A stretch of DNA of 64,000 bases from Octopus vulgaris (GCA_951406725.2 OX597817.1:129270001-129334000); one strand, 5' to 3'. Positions 28,135-42,576 are shown, counted from the stretch's first letter. Translations and numbers: made by a program. Notes: a model not told the origin generated them from the letters alone.

Positions 28135-28165
28135 GCATATATATATATATCTTTATACACGCACA

Positions 28166-28212
<47 letters not shown>

Positions 28213-28871
28213 GCATACACATACGCATGAGAGGTGTGCACCCAACTCTATATCCTCCTCACGCGATCACTCTAGCCAGTATCTCGTTCATGTAATGACA
28301 CATGCACGCACACACATACACACACACACACACACTCGCACACACATACACACACACACACGTACGCGCACATATACGCGCACGCACACGCACACACACA
28401 CATACATACCATACACACACACACACACACTCACGCATATGCGCACAGAAGTGCACTGATGCACACAGCCAACATCAATGACAACACTTCTAAAAGCTAC
28501 GACCACAAACACTACCGCAGCTACCACCATTGATAACTCTTAATGTCACCACTACCACCACCATCACTCGTACCACCTGGATCTTATCTTCATCACTATC
28601 AACACCATTATCTCTCTTTCTCTCTCTCTCTCTATCTCTCTCTCTCTCACTCACTCACTGTCATCACCTCTATCACCACCACTACTATAATAGTTTATTA
28701 GCCGCTACCACCACCACGACCGCCACCACCACCATCACCACCACCTCTCTGCTCTCTGCTCTCTATCAGCCACACTGCCTATACTACCGTCACCATCACA
28801 TTTACAACGCCTAATGTATATACCATCGCTCTTCACTGAGGCAGGTGTTTCTAACATCACAACCAAGGCTT

Positions 28872-28932
<61 letters not shown>

Positions 28933-29246
28933 AATTATTGCTGCTGCTGCCGCTGCTGTCGCTTAGAGAAATACTGTGACCTACACTACTACAACTACAA
29001 CTGCTACTCCTACTCCTGCTACCACTACGACTTCTGCCAGACCTACCTCTACTACAGATAGACTACAACTACAACTGCAATGACCTAAACGAAAATTGAT
29101 GCTACTGCTGCTGCTGCTGCTACTACTACTACTACTACTACTTGTACTACTATCATTGCTTCTGTTACTGCCACAAATACTATAATAATCAATGTTACTA
29201 CTACAACTACTGTTTACGACTATTACTACTACTACTACTACCACGT

Positions 29247-29279
<33 letters not shown>

Positions 29280-29674
29280 TCATTACTACCACCAACTATC
29301 AGCACCACTAACAAAAGCAACCACAACGTTACAAATTAGTTTCACCACCACCAGCAGCTTCAACAGCAGATTCACTAAACATCAGCAAAGACGCTACCAC
29401 AGGTCAAGAAAAGTGTCGTTATGTGGTCGCCTGATCGGTTAGAAATAGAAGCAAATTGTCCCTCAAAACACGTTTTATAATCCTAAATAAAGAAGGTTAA
29501 TGAAGATTGCTAGATATACTATATCCAAAGATAAGACAAAACGATCGTGGATGGAACTCTGTTGATCACAGGTTAGCTAAGTCATTGGTGACCCAGGACT
29601 AAGCAATCGCAACACCAATATCAGTCGAATCATCACCACCACCTCTCCGCACTGGCCATTAATATCACTATGAC

Positions 29675-29996
29675 CTTGGACCCCCTTCGGTCACGAATGA
29701 CAACGGGATTGCACCTAGAAAGTTCCCCTCCGAGGCACAAGTCCGGGCAAGGTTATTTATAGGAGACCAGCAGTCGCCTATGCATTCCATTCTCCCCTCT
29801 CCACGTCACCGATGTTATCCAAGGGAAAGGCAAAGGCCGATACAGCTTGGCACCAATGACGTCGCAACTCATTTCTACAAATGAGTGAACTCGAGCAACG
29901 TGAAATAAAGTGTCTTGCTCAAGAACGCAACACATAGCCCAATCCGGGAATCGAACTCACTACTTCATTATTGTAAGCCCGATGCTCTAACCACTC
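29675..29996 (-). mobile_element. tRNA-derived SINE, family C (CORE-like)
   Basis: Minus: gagtggttagagcatcgggc..gagttcgattccc..ttcttgagcaagacactttatttcac. Confidence 0.75.
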
Positions 29997-30889
29997 ACTA
30001 TTACAACAATCACCACCTCGATCACTACTATCACCACCACGATCACTACTACCACCGTCAACACGATGTCTTTCCTGACAGGTAGGCCTCTTGATCAGGA
30101 CGGATTTCTGCATTAGTTGGGGTAATTTATAAGGTCTCGATAAACGATGTTTTTTTAAATTATTTTACCATTTTAACAACAACACTACTATCATCAACAA
30201 TCAAGGGAAGTATCCTGTTTGCACTCACTCGTTCTACAAGAAATAACAGACAAATCTCTCAAATTATCCTACATTATCTTAAGAGGGATGCAGTTCCAGA
30301 AAATAAGATTGGATGCAAATCTTTTTGGTTGCTGGCACAGACTAGGAAATTTTAACCAGTTCAAATTTTTAAAATTTGTTATATTGAGGTAATTTTTCAC
30401 GCTGAATGCAAATCTGAGATTCATTTATTCCAGAAAATAATTATGAAAATGTTACGGAGTTCAAATTTGATCGTTTTTTAGTCAATCAAAAAACAGGAAT
30501 CAGAGAGCTCTCTGTCACGAAATGATTCTCGTCAAAACTTGTGGTCGCGCTGGTAAAAGTGTCGCAGTCACGCGCGTACAGCGTCCTTGTTAGAATAATA
30601 TCTAGGCAGACTAGAGGTTTGCTTGTTACTATAGAAACAGATACTAATATGAGATTTACGATCGTGTATATAATGGTGGCTTTCGATTGAACATTTTAAA
30701 ATCTATTAACTTTTATTTTCAATTTCTGGCAAAAATTTTCTTTTGTTTTCATACAAAATGAAATCTGTAAACCAATTCTGAAAACAACTGGAACACAATT
30801 AGAAAAACTATTAAATCTGTGACACCAATCGAAAAAATCCAAGTATAATCATAATGTCTTCATGTATTTATTGTCCTACTCCATAAGGG

Positions 30890-31960
30890 CCTACATGGAG
30901 TTACAGTACAACGGCTGCTTTCATCTACGTCATCTACTGCATCTCCTGCTCTATCTCTCTCTCTGTTCTTCTCTATACATTGGTCAAACGGGACGCTGCT
31001 TGTCTGACCGGTTGGCAGAACACCTGCGAGACATGAAACTCGGCAACGACACTCCGGTCTGGTACTATTTCCGCTCTACCGGTCATTTCTTACAACATTT
31101 GTCTGTGTTCGGATTGTCCTTGCACAGGGGACATCCGGACTCCCATCTTCGCCATTAACAGGGATTAATTTCTCTTCGCTCCTTTGCACCACATGGGCTT
31201 AACTCTCTTCCCTCTTCATCTAACCCTCCTCCTCTCCCCCACCCACCTCTCCTTTCTTTTTCTGACACCTACTTCCCCTCTTCCTACCTACCCACCTTCT
31301 CCCTCCCACCATCTCCCTTCATCGTCACCGCCTCCTTTTTTACCCCACCCCTACACATTCCATCCCACCATCCCTATACATCCCATGCCACCCACACCCC
31401 ATCCCTTAGACCTACCCTTGCTTCCCCCACTCTCGCCTCCCTTAAACCCCCACACCTCCACACCACCACATCACACCACACACCAACACACCACACACCA
31501 CCATACCAAACCACATCCCACCACCTCACACACACTAGCACTGACTACTTCCCAGAACCCACACCAGCGCACACACTAGCACTGACCACTTCCCAGCACC
31601 TACACCATCATCCACACACCTACACATGCACACGTGAATGTCACCAGCTCCCTTCCACACGCACATACACGCTCTCACATACACCGCATGCGCACCTTTT
31701 TGAGATCACCACTACTTTATTATCTCCTCATCTTCCTAGATCTCTTGTGTGATCCCTCTGTCCGGCTTTCGCTATGATAGATCACTAGCCACTAAACCTT
31801 TTTTGTATTTTCTCTCTCTGTTTACTTCTGCATTACTTTCTGTCGAAAAGCGTTGGCTCGAAACGTAAAAGACTTTCTCACTTCCCGAGCGTTAAACTAA
31901 TATATCTGTTTGTTGTTTACACATCCGTCTTCGTCTTTTGTATTTTGTAAAGTCTTGCTA
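30890..31960 (+). mobile_element. Penelope-like element 3' part: GIY-YIG remnant, C-rich UTR, HHR-like motif (31836-31871)
   Basis: LYIGQTGRCLSDRLAEHLRD..NDTPV..F.STGH; cttt ctgtcgaa aagc gttg gctc GAAACGTA aaag; ends at (TA)n. Confidence 0.85.
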
Positions 31961-33446
31961 TATATATACATGTATGTGTGTGTGTGTGTTTGTGTGTATT
32001 TATGTATGTATGTATGTATGTAACAAGTTACGAGATTTCTTTTATAGTTGGCATTAGTCCCTATTTTTCTGAATATATCTTACATGTATGCAAGGAAATA
32101 AAGTGAGCTACCAAGATTGTGGCCCAGATCCATATATTAGCGTGTATCTAAAGCAAAATACAATACAGTACACTTGTACGCGTGTGAGCAAATAGGAACA
32201 TACATACAAATATATACGGTGTGCGTGTATGTGTGTGTGCGTGCGTGTGTGTTTGGTGTGTACGTATGTATGTATAATTGATGCAACGCAAGCATGCAAA
32301 ATTAATTATCACTGCTACTTCAATGTCATATAACACAGAAATGTCGGTTGTCCTTTTTCTTTTTCTTTTTTTAGTGTTCCGATACGGCAACTACAGTTTA
32401 TTCGAGTATTAAATAAATTATGCAAACAAAGATTTCATTTAAAAAATATTTAATGTCATAATTCTCTATTCACTGTACTTTTCATAAAGACGCATGTCTC
32501 CATGTGTTTTTCTTGAGGCTTCTAATATTCGGTGAGATGTGTATTAAAATCAGTTATCAAAAACATCCATTCTTTACACCACTTGGCTTTAAATACAAAA
32601 TCCACTGTTACGTGAATCACTGTTATTTTTTCCCTAAATGGTGTTATTTGATGTTATTGGAAATTTCTCCCATGTTCATTGCTTTTCCTTTTAAAAGCAA
32701 TAGCACTTTACTAATTAAAAGGTAAACCTAATTTAATCGAAGTTTTTATTTTTTCAATCTCCTACATAAAATGTGGGTGATCCTAATGTACATATATCTA
32801 CATATGTATATTCAAGAAAATTTAAGAAAGATCATGAGCGTTGAATTTGCTATTTGTTTATGTGCATGTGTTTAATTGTATGTATGTGTGTATTTGTGCG
32901 CACATGAATATTAATTCCATACGCATTCCTATATTTACGTATAACTAATATAACGGTATTTTCTAATGATGTAATGTCTCCATTAATCAAGTAAAAATTC
33001 GTTGGGAACAGCTGTAATGAATTGACACATTATCCATTTGTTGTCATTTATTTATTTATTAAAATTCACTTCTCTCAGAAACTGCACCTTGCAGAGATCC
33101 GGAGTATATTATAGGCCGTACAATGCGCTATTGATATACTCAGTCAGGTACAGTTAATCGTATACATAACCTGCATATTTTTCTTCTTGTATTTCGGTAC
33201 ACGCGTATGTATTCCTCTATTTTTATTGTTTATACATTTTACTTTCGCCCCAACCGGGTGCCTTATCATTCAAGTATCTGATGCACTTGAATCCCGATCC
33301 ATTACAATACATATATGTACATACATACATACATATTATATATACACATGCAATACATTTATGCACACACACACACTCTCTTTCTCTCTTTCTCTCTCTC
33401 TCTCACACACACGCATATATAATATATAATTTTAAGAGCCAATATA

Positions 33447-33503
<57 letters not shown>

Positions 33504-33506
<3 letters not shown>

Positions 33507-33664
33507 CGCAGGAGTGGCTGCGTGGTAAGTAGCTTGCTTAAAAGCCACATGGTCCCAGGTTCAGTCCCACTGCGTGGCACCTTGGGTGAGTGCCTTCTAG
33601 AGTTCTATTATAGTCACGGGCCAGCCAAAGCCTTGTGAGAGGATTTGGCAGACGGAAGCCCGTC

Positions 33665-33720
<56 letters not shown>

Positions 33721-33920
33721 TGTCCCCCCACCCACTATCGCTTGGTGGGGACTATCACTTGGCGTGTTTACGTCTCCGTAACTTTGCGGTTTGGCAAAAG
33801 AGTCCGTTAGAATAAGTACTAGGCTTACAAAGAATAAGTACTCGGGTCGATTTGTTCGATTAAAGGCGATGCACCAGCATGGCCGCAGTCAAATGACTGA
33901 AACAAATAAAAGAATAAAAG
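33504..33920 (+). mobile_element. SINE family A with expanded internal (TA)n
   Basis: Head ggcgcaggagtggctg; tail gactgaaacaaataaaagaataaaag. Confidence 0.9.
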
Positions 33921-33933
33921 TATATATATATAA

Positions 33934-33973
<40 letters not shown>

Positions 33974-34047
33974 CTTTGAAATTCAAACTTACCGAGGTTC
34001 TCTTAAGGAGACGTGTAGATATACATACATACACATATATATATATT

Positions 34048-34140
<93 letters not shown>

Positions 34141-34145
<5 letters not shown>

Positions 34146-34915
34146 GTGTCCCGAAAGATATACTCACATTTTGACTCCCCGTATAACTCATAGAAACTTT
34201 CATTTCTTTTCAGATCAAACTGATGCAAATAATGGCTGAAGTACGACTAAGTTTTGATGAAAGAAAAGTTTGTATAAAATGCTACTGGAAACACGAAAAT
34301 ACCATGGAAGTGTAACGACAATTTAGAAGATAGGTTCGCAAAGATCAACCAAAGTGACATATTATTGCTTGCATCCGAGATAAATTTGAATCAGCTGGAA
34401 GTGTGCAAGGAGCACTCAAGAAGACCGCGGTCATCAACCAGACCCTCAATGGATAAACAATTCCTGGAAACACTCCACTAATCCCCATAGAAATATGTAG
34501 GGCAAATGGCTCGTGCGACAGGAATCGCCAAATCAAGCGCCCATCGCAATTTGAAGCAAGTTATTGTAAATGTTATATTTCAGAATTAATCTACACTCTA
34601 GGTGAAGACGATCCTCAGCGGAGAGCTGAAGTTTGTGAGAGGTATCAGTGCAACCGCGTGAAAGTTGCTGTATTTCCATGCAAAATTATTTGGGAAAGAT
34701 GAGGTCAGCTTTAAGTTAAACGGTTCAATTAATCAACACAATTGCACTTACACATAACCAACAATAGTCAATGAGCTGAAAAAGAAAATGGAAAAACAAT
34801 GTCTTTCTAAATGCAGTTCTAAATAAAATTATCTGTGACGCTATTGAATCCATTGGTCTGCATTATCAGCTGTCTTTGAAAAGCGGTGGTTGTCAGTTTG
34901 AATCTTTGTAAACAT
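34141..34915 (+). pseudogene. Degenerate Tc1/mariner-superfamily transposase
   Basis: [33 protein letters not shown] (HTH); EDDPQRRAEVCE; [15 protein letters not shown]; stops and deletions. Confidence 0.75.
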
Positions 34916-34925
34916 ACATCTATCA

Positions 34926-35094
34926 ACATTATTTACATTATTTACATTTGACGGATATTTGTCCTCATCTTGTTTGTTGTTAATACAACGTTTCGGCTGA
35001 TATACCCTCTAGCCTTCATCAAGTGTCTTGGGGAAATTTCGAACCTGCGTTCTCATTCCTAAGGTATTTTTCGATGTTGTTGTTATCATCATCA

Positions 35095-35160
<66 letters not shown>

Positions 35161-35228
35161 TCACTGCCTGGAATCGAACTCAGAACCTTGGAGTTAGTAG
35201 CCCGCGCTCTTAACCACTACGCCATATG
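34926..35228 (-). mobile_element. tRNA-headed SINE-like element with internal (TAA)n and 3' hammerhead motif
   Basis: Minus: TGGCGTAGTGG (A box)..GAGTTCGATTCC (B box), (AAT)n, then HHR motif, tail (tgtaaataa)x2. Confidence 0.75.
34982..35027 (-). ncRNA. Hammerhead ribozyme motif, mutated in this copy
   Basis: gacac TTGATGA a ggct agagggtatatc agcc GAAAC GTT gtatt; palindromic AACGTT; C3 is U and stem I has one mismatch. Confidence 0.65.
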
Positions 35229-35239
35229 CATGAATTCTT

Positions 35240-35279
<40 letters not shown>

Positions 35280-35492
35280 TGTGTGCGTGTCTGTGTTTGT
35301 CCCCCACCACCATCGCTTAACAACTGATGTTGGTGTGCCTACGTCCCCCAACTTAGCGGTTCGCCAAAAGAGGTCGATAGAATAAGAAATACCAGGCTTA
35401 CAAAGAATAAGTCCCGGGGTCCATTTCTTCGATTAAAAGGCGGTGCTACTGCATGGATGCAGTCAAATGACTGAAACAAATAAAAGAAAAGA

Positions 35493-35493
<1 letters not shown>
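35280..35493 (+). mobile_element. SINE family A, 3' half
   Basis: cttagcggttcg..gcagtcaaatgactgaaac. Confidence 0.85.
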
Positions 35494-35562
<69 letters not shown>

Positions 35563-35568
<6 letters not shown>

Positions 35569-35808
35569 TAGTAAAAGGTGAAAAAACTACAGAAGGCTTG
35601 TTTTAGAAGGTTAAAAAATATATATTTGAGTCATTATGTCTGAAGAATGTTATAAATTTTTTTCATACAATGACAGTTTTCGGTCTTCAAAAACTATGTC
35701 ATTGTATGAAAAAAATTTATAACATTCTTCAGACATAATGACTCAAATATATATTTTTTAACCTTCTAAAACAAGCCCTCTGTAGTTTTTCCACTTTTAC
35801 TATTTTCT
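35563..35808. repeat. Near-perfect fold-back palindrome (about 118-bp arms) between (TA)n/(GA)n tracts
   Basis: 35563-35680 is the reverse complement of 35689-35808. Confidence 0.92.
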
Positions 35809-35847
35809 ATATATTCAACCACGTGCTTTCACACACCAACTTTCTCA

Positions 35848-35897
<50 letters not shown>

Positions 35898-36395
35898 CCG
35901 GCATGTGTTTTTGTTGGCGTGTGGTATATGGTTCAGAATCTGAGATGAAAAACCAACAAGAATCATAACAAGCGACATTCTGCTTGTGTACCGTGATATG
36001 GTCATTCAAATTTGTCAAAGTACGAAACGAAAATCTTTTTGTACCTTCAGACGAGCCTCACGTGACTTATAAAGCAAGTATTTGTCAGTTACAGACGAAC
36101 TGCCAATGCCTTGAGTGTCATCATGATCATCATGCTCATCGTCAGCGGCAGCAGCAGCAGCAGCAACAGCAGCGGTATCCTTATTATCAAACTAGCAGAA
36201 TCAACTGAACGACAAAAGTAGGGGCATCATCGAAAATATCATTATGTAAAATATCTTCATCAACCAATAACGCCAATAACCACCACCACCTCTCCTCTTC
36301 CCTCTCCTCCTTATCACCACCATTAATAACAACAATATAAACAATCAATATCACAAATAATATTATCAAAATTATTTATTATTTTCAGCAACACC

Positions 36396-36437
<42 letters not shown>

Positions 36438-36478
36438 GTCATCGTCGTCGTCGTCACCGTTGTTTCCTGTATCATCAC

Positions 36479-36533
<55 letters not shown>

Positions 36534-38466
36534 GCCATCATATTTCTATGGCATGAACAACATCATCGTCACCACTATGACACAACAGAGTCCAGCTGAC
36601 AACAATAACAACAATATCCCCATCGTTAACATCGCCATTTTCATGATCATCATCGTTATTTCATCATCACTTCACCATTATGATCTTTAGCATAACATTT
36701 TTCGTAACAGTCTTTGCCATCGTCGCCATCATGTTAATCATTCAGATCTCATTCATCACCCTTTTATCACCATCATCATCACTGCGATCGTCATCATCGT
36801 TCTACCCCATTATCACCAATATTACTGTCATCATCTTCGGCATCATTGTCGTCCTCATTACTATCACAATTCCCCACCACCACCACCGCCATTATCCTCC
36901 CCACCCCCTTCATCATCATCATCATCATCATCAAAATCATCATCAAAATGTTCGAAGTCATGGTCCATGGTCAATGATGTTATTTTAATCAACTTGAATT
37001 CGCTGTGCCATGTTTATCATCAATTGTCCTTTCATTTGTGGATATCACCTTTGCCATATCTGTCTCTCTCACTCAAACTCTCTCTCTCTCTTTCTCACAC
37101 ACTTCCCTTTTCTGTCTCTCCCACTTTCACACACATTTTCGCTTCTATTTCTCATTCTTTTCCCCCTCTCTTCTTCAGTAGATGTCCGTTAGTTTCTCAG
37201 AGTGTTACGAATGGAAAAAATGAGACTGACGACCGTAGATGGTTATGGGCTCACTGCTGTAGGATTCTTTACTGCAAGATATCTGTAATTAGAAACAAAT
37301 AGAAAGAAATCAATATATGCACATACGAAATACACACACGCATACAAACACATACACATACATACACACATTAACAATTTTAGTGTTTCTCATAAGGCAA
37401 AAATATATTGCAGTATTCTTTTCTCACGTCTGTGAAACAATATGTAATATGATTGCCTATAAAAATAAACTCGACGAAATGTCTGTACACCTTCCCCCTT
37501 TCTCAGTCTGTTAGATATAGCTTAAATTAAACCATTCTGCATAAGAAAACAAAATAACACATTGGACACATTGGATACTGTAAATATACAAAAAACATAT
37601 ATCGTACTACTGAGTATTTCCACATATTGTTTTTATCCAACACTACATGCATTAAACATTATTTTTATTCACAGTATCTTCTGGACGAGTGACGTCAATC
37701 TTTTTTAGGCTTTCAACAACTTTCCTCAGAGATACTGCAAGTAAATTTACTAATAAGAATGACTTGAAAGAATCGACTAAAGTGAGTTCTTAACAGCTAG
37801 GCAGTTAATTTGATAATTAACTTAAATCTTTGTTAATAGTATCTTCTTGCAAGACTGCAAAAATTTCGTCTCAGCATGATTTGAACTCTGAGCGTAAAGT
37901 TTGATCCTGCACTCTGGTTAGAAATGATTATCTATGTCAGTTTACAAAAAAGTGTTAAAATACTGATTTTGGGGAAGTTTACTGCGAGGATGTGACTAAG
38001 AAAGAACAAAGCAAGCGGACTCGCAACATCCAAATTCAATCAATTGGTGGTACTTTGGAATAATTGTATAAAAACATGTGTCGTCCTTCAGCCACGGAAA
38101 TGTATTATCTAAACATGAATACTGTAAATTAAATCCTTAACTAAAGCAGTAAAAATATGCAATATATTTATACAGGACGTGGCAAAATATCCACAACCAC
38201 AATACTTGATAAATGTTTCAGTAACAATCGCAAGGTGTTCACCGGTCCAAATTGTGATGTGTTAGCGTATCATAAAGATTAAAAGAGCTTATAAAGTTTA
38301 TAAAAGGTTGATTAATTATAAACCGTGAATTTGCTGTTGAGATGTTTATCAAAAATAGTGAATCTGAGATTTTTTTGTCACACCTCGTAATATTCAAAAT
38401 GCAAGTATCTTTAACTACAACATCTTCGATTTTGATGTCTAAATCCCAGAGATGGAATTATGTTTC

Positions 38467-38672
38467 AGGCGGCAATCGTTAAGCACACCGGACAAGATGC
38501 CTAAAGGTATTTCGTCCGTCTTTACGGTTTGAATTCAAAATCTGCCGAGGTCGACTTTGTCTTTCATTCCCTTGGGGTCGATAAAATAAGTACCAGTTGA
38601 GGACTGGTGTCGACATAATCGATTTACCCTTCTTCTGGAATTGCTGGCATTGTGCCAAAATTTGAAACCATT
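38467..38672 (+). mobile_element. SINE family B, tail 2
   Basis: Core plus ttgtgccaaaatttgaaaccattatt. Confidence 0.8.
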
Positions 38673-39438
38673 ATTAGAAACACACACATTTTTATACGAA
38701 GAATTCCAACAAATAAAACTCTTAAATATGTATTTATACATATATATGTGTGTCTGTATCCGTGTCTGTGCGTCTGTGTGTGTATACGTACGTGTGTGTG
38801 TGTGTGAGTGAGTTTCCTAACGTGTTTGACGGTTATAGAAGTTCGATATTAGGTGAGAACTGTACTAATGAAATAGCTACGCTTACTAAGTTTCTGAATA
38901 ACTAGGCAACTCTCACATAATGACATATATATATATGCAGGCTAATAAACAGCTCATGTAATTATAAACAAGCGCACGCTTGCAAATGGCGGTAATTGTA
39001 ATGCAATAACACTAACACGTGTGGATGTGTTAGGCGACAATGCCTCGCACACGTCCGCGCACGTTAAATACACTTGTACACAAGCATACGTACACAGCCA
39101 CGCGCAGAACCTTTCAGGAACAACGCAGATTTTGTGAGCACATGCACAGAACACACATACGCGCAAGCACACGTATATACATACATATAGGTGTGGGTGT
39201 GTGAATACACGCACACACATATTTCGCTCAGACATAGTGATACTCATAACCTGGTACTAGAACTCTGTATACATATACTTCAGAACGAAGCGTCAATTGA
39301 GTATATAGAAGTCCTTCGTATGCCTATCGTTATACGCTTTCTAAAATTTATCTAATACTTATTCTGGGAAGGGTCTCTCCTCCAAAGTCCTGAATTAATT
39401 TCTTCCGTATGTTTATGCTTTTCATGAATAATACTTTC

Positions 39439-39479
<41 letters not shown>

Positions 39480-39659
39480 CGCATGTGTGTGTGTGTGTTT
39501 GTGTTTGTGTGTGTGTGTGTGAGTGTGTGTGTGTGTTAAATGCTTCCCAAATAAAATTGCACTCCATCTTTGAAGTTCCGATGAAGCTATGGAGTGATAC
39601 TCGAGCATACAACTATGACTGTATTGCATTTTATAGAAGAAACACTTAGAAGCTAATGA

Positions 39660-39986
39660 AGTTCATAGCTACAAAATTTCCCGAACCACCATTGTCCTGG
39701 GCCAAACGCATCGTTGATATCGTGAGCTGTTTCAGCAGGTTTTCGGCCTTGTTTGAACTGAAATTAGAAAATTGTGCGAATTTGCTTTTTGTCCATGTTG
39801 TATTCAACCTTCCGAAAAAAATGGCCTAATTATTCACAAAGTAAAAGAGTAACACGATTAGACAGAGCGAAAACGGGCGTTAAAATGATATATAAAGTCA
39901 AAGTAATTTAAAGAAAATTAATTTGAAAATACGTCATTTAAAACCAACATTATAAATTCCGCAAGAACTTTCTTGACAACCTAATA
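39660..39986 (-). mobile_element. Mariner 5' relic (Hsmar1/cecropia-like N-terminus) with TIR
   Basis: ATG at 39796: MDKKQIRTIF*FQFKQGRKPAETAHDINDAFGPG..QWWFGKFC; TIR ta-ttaggttgtcaagaaagttc. Confidence 0.8.
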
Positions 39987-40155
39987 TTATTCTCAAACTT
40001 ATACACACACATATGTATGTATACCCCACCCACATATATATATATATATGTTTAATATGTATGAACATTTATACATATTGAATATATGTGAATATGCATA
40101 CATATATATGTATATACACTTATATACATACCTTCATATATAAAATACATATATA

Positions 40156-40300
<145 letters not shown>

Positions 40301-41113
40301 ATGCGTATATATGTATAATACACAGACATGCACGTACACTCGCATATATATTTCTGCATTCATTTATATGTCTCAATTTACATATGCATATATATCTTTT
40401 AACCCTCACCCCTCTCTCTTTCTCTCTCATTCACCAAGTCTTTTTCCGAAATATGAATTGTACATATCGGGCAGAATGGATTTAAGTCCGCACACATTTC
40501 TCTATATACCTTGGCAAATAAGTTAATCAACCTTCCCTTAATATGAACACTCACCGACCTTCCACACTATTATAATAACCTCTTGTTTCCTTCTCATCTT
40601 TCGAAACCAGGAAAGACATTCGTAATTTTTTGTTTTATTTATTTTAATTATTATTATTATAATTATTCTTTTTTATTTATTTATTTGGCAGCCTCAAGCA
40701 CACGTGTGCATGTGTTAACTCCCGGTTGAGTTCTCACGTTGTTTTGTCTCCTCTTTAATTCTCTTATCATTCTCTCCTTTCACATCACTTCATTTCATTC
40801 TACTTCCTGTAAATACAGCCCCGCCTCTTTTTTTTTACCATCATCATTATCATTACTCTGTTTGTTTATTACTATTGTTTTGTTGTTAGTTTTTACATTT
40901 TCACCATTTTTTTTCTGTTTTATTTTATATTGATTTAGTCGCCGACTATTCGTTTACGTTATTGTGGTTATTATCGTTTTTCTATGTTATTTTTTTATCG
41001 TTGCCGTAGTTTTTGTTCTTCGTATGCTTGTTGTTGTTATTATTGTTAGTCGTCTCATTGCAATTACCTCCCCTCCCTCAATGTCGTTGGTCTCTGATAG
41101 AATCGTTGTACGA

Positions 41114-41161
<48 letters not shown>

Positions 41162-41904
41162 ATTGCTGTCTATATGGTTTGACACAGTCGTTTATGTTGT
41201 TGTTATTGTTGTTGTTGCTGCTGCTGCTGCTGATGATGATTTTCGTTTGCTTCTAAATGTTGGTGAGTTTGGGTAAAATTGTTTGTTTTACGTTCTGATA
41301 TGTCCCTCGTTTTCTTTTGTTGTTGTCGTTGTAGATTGTAGCTGTTGTTCTTTTGATAGTAGTGGTGGCGGTGGTAGCGGTGTTAAGGGCGTATTTTTTC
41401 TTGTTTTTAAGGGCGTGTTTTTCTTTACTTTTTTCTTCTTTTTACTGTTTACTTCTTTTTACTATTTTTCTCTCTACTTCCCTCCTCCCTAATTTCTACA
41501 ACGGGGTCTGATGATAATGACAAGTTAATAATGTCAAAAAGTGGGCAGTAAAGACCGAAATATACTCGCAGTGAAGAGAAAATAAATGACTGACTTCACT
41601 GCAGTTGAGGAGGAGTAGAGACATTACCGAATGAATTACACCTCATATAATTCATTAATTAAAACATAATTGGTATAAATGAATAAATAAATAACGATAA
41701 CAAGAATTAAATAAAAATATCTAAACAACAAAATATCTAAAAGAAAAGAAGAGTCAAAAGATTTGAAGGGAAAGAATTATTTTCTAAATTTCATTGTGGC
41801 AAAACAACAAATAAGAGAGTAAGAAAAATAAACACGGACAAAAACTGACGAAAAACCAAATATTGAAAAACAAACAATGGGAGAATAAATAAATTAATAA
41901 AAAT

Positions 41905-42576
41905 GGATTCAAATTTTGGAACCAGGGCAGCAATTTCGGGGGATGGAATAAGTCGATTACATCGACCCCAGTATTCAACTGGTACTTATTTTATCGACCC
42001 CGAAAGGATGAAAGGCAAAGTCAAACTCGGCGGAATTTGAGCTCAGATCGTGAAGACGGACGAAATGCCGTTAAACATTTTGCCCGGCGTGCGAACGATT
42101 CTTCCAGCTCGCTGCTTTCATTAGTTAATAATAATAATAATAATGATTTCAAATTTCGGCACAAAGCCAGCAAGTTCGGGAAGGAGATAAGTCGAATACT
42201 TTTACTCAGTACTTAACTGGTATTTATTTTATCGACTCCGAAAAGATGAAGGGCAAGTTCGACCGGAGCGGAATGTGAGCTCCGAACCAAAAGACGGACG
42301 AAATGCCACTAAACACTTCACTTGGCGTTCCAACGATTCGGCCAGCTCAGTAATAATAATAATCGTTTCTGTTATAGGCACAAGGCCTGAAATTTTGGGG
42401 GAGGGAGCTATTCGATTACATCGACCCCAGTGCTCGATTAGTACTCATTTTATCCTTCCTGAGAGGAAGAAAAGCAGAGTCGACTTCGACGGAATTTAAA
42501 CTCAGAACGTGCAGGCAGACGAAATGCCGCCAATCATTTTGCCTGGCGTGCTAACGATTCTGCCACCTCACTGCCT
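41905..42576 (-). mobile_element. Three head-to-tail SINE family B copies separated by (TAA)n
   Basis: Core three times on the minus strand; tails 2, 2 and 1. Confidence 0.88.

Noticed and set aside
30330-30850. Possible non-autonomous DNA transposon (also 38172-38390)
   Set aside because: TIRs and TSD could not be established by eye
35160-35228. tRNA gene
   Set aside because: No proper acceptor stem or poly-T terminator; treated as a SINE head, as are 26268, 29930 and 60030
37185-37284. Minus-strand acceptor followed by YLAVKNP (GPCR DRY-like)
   Set aside because: Stop codon five residues later and no further support
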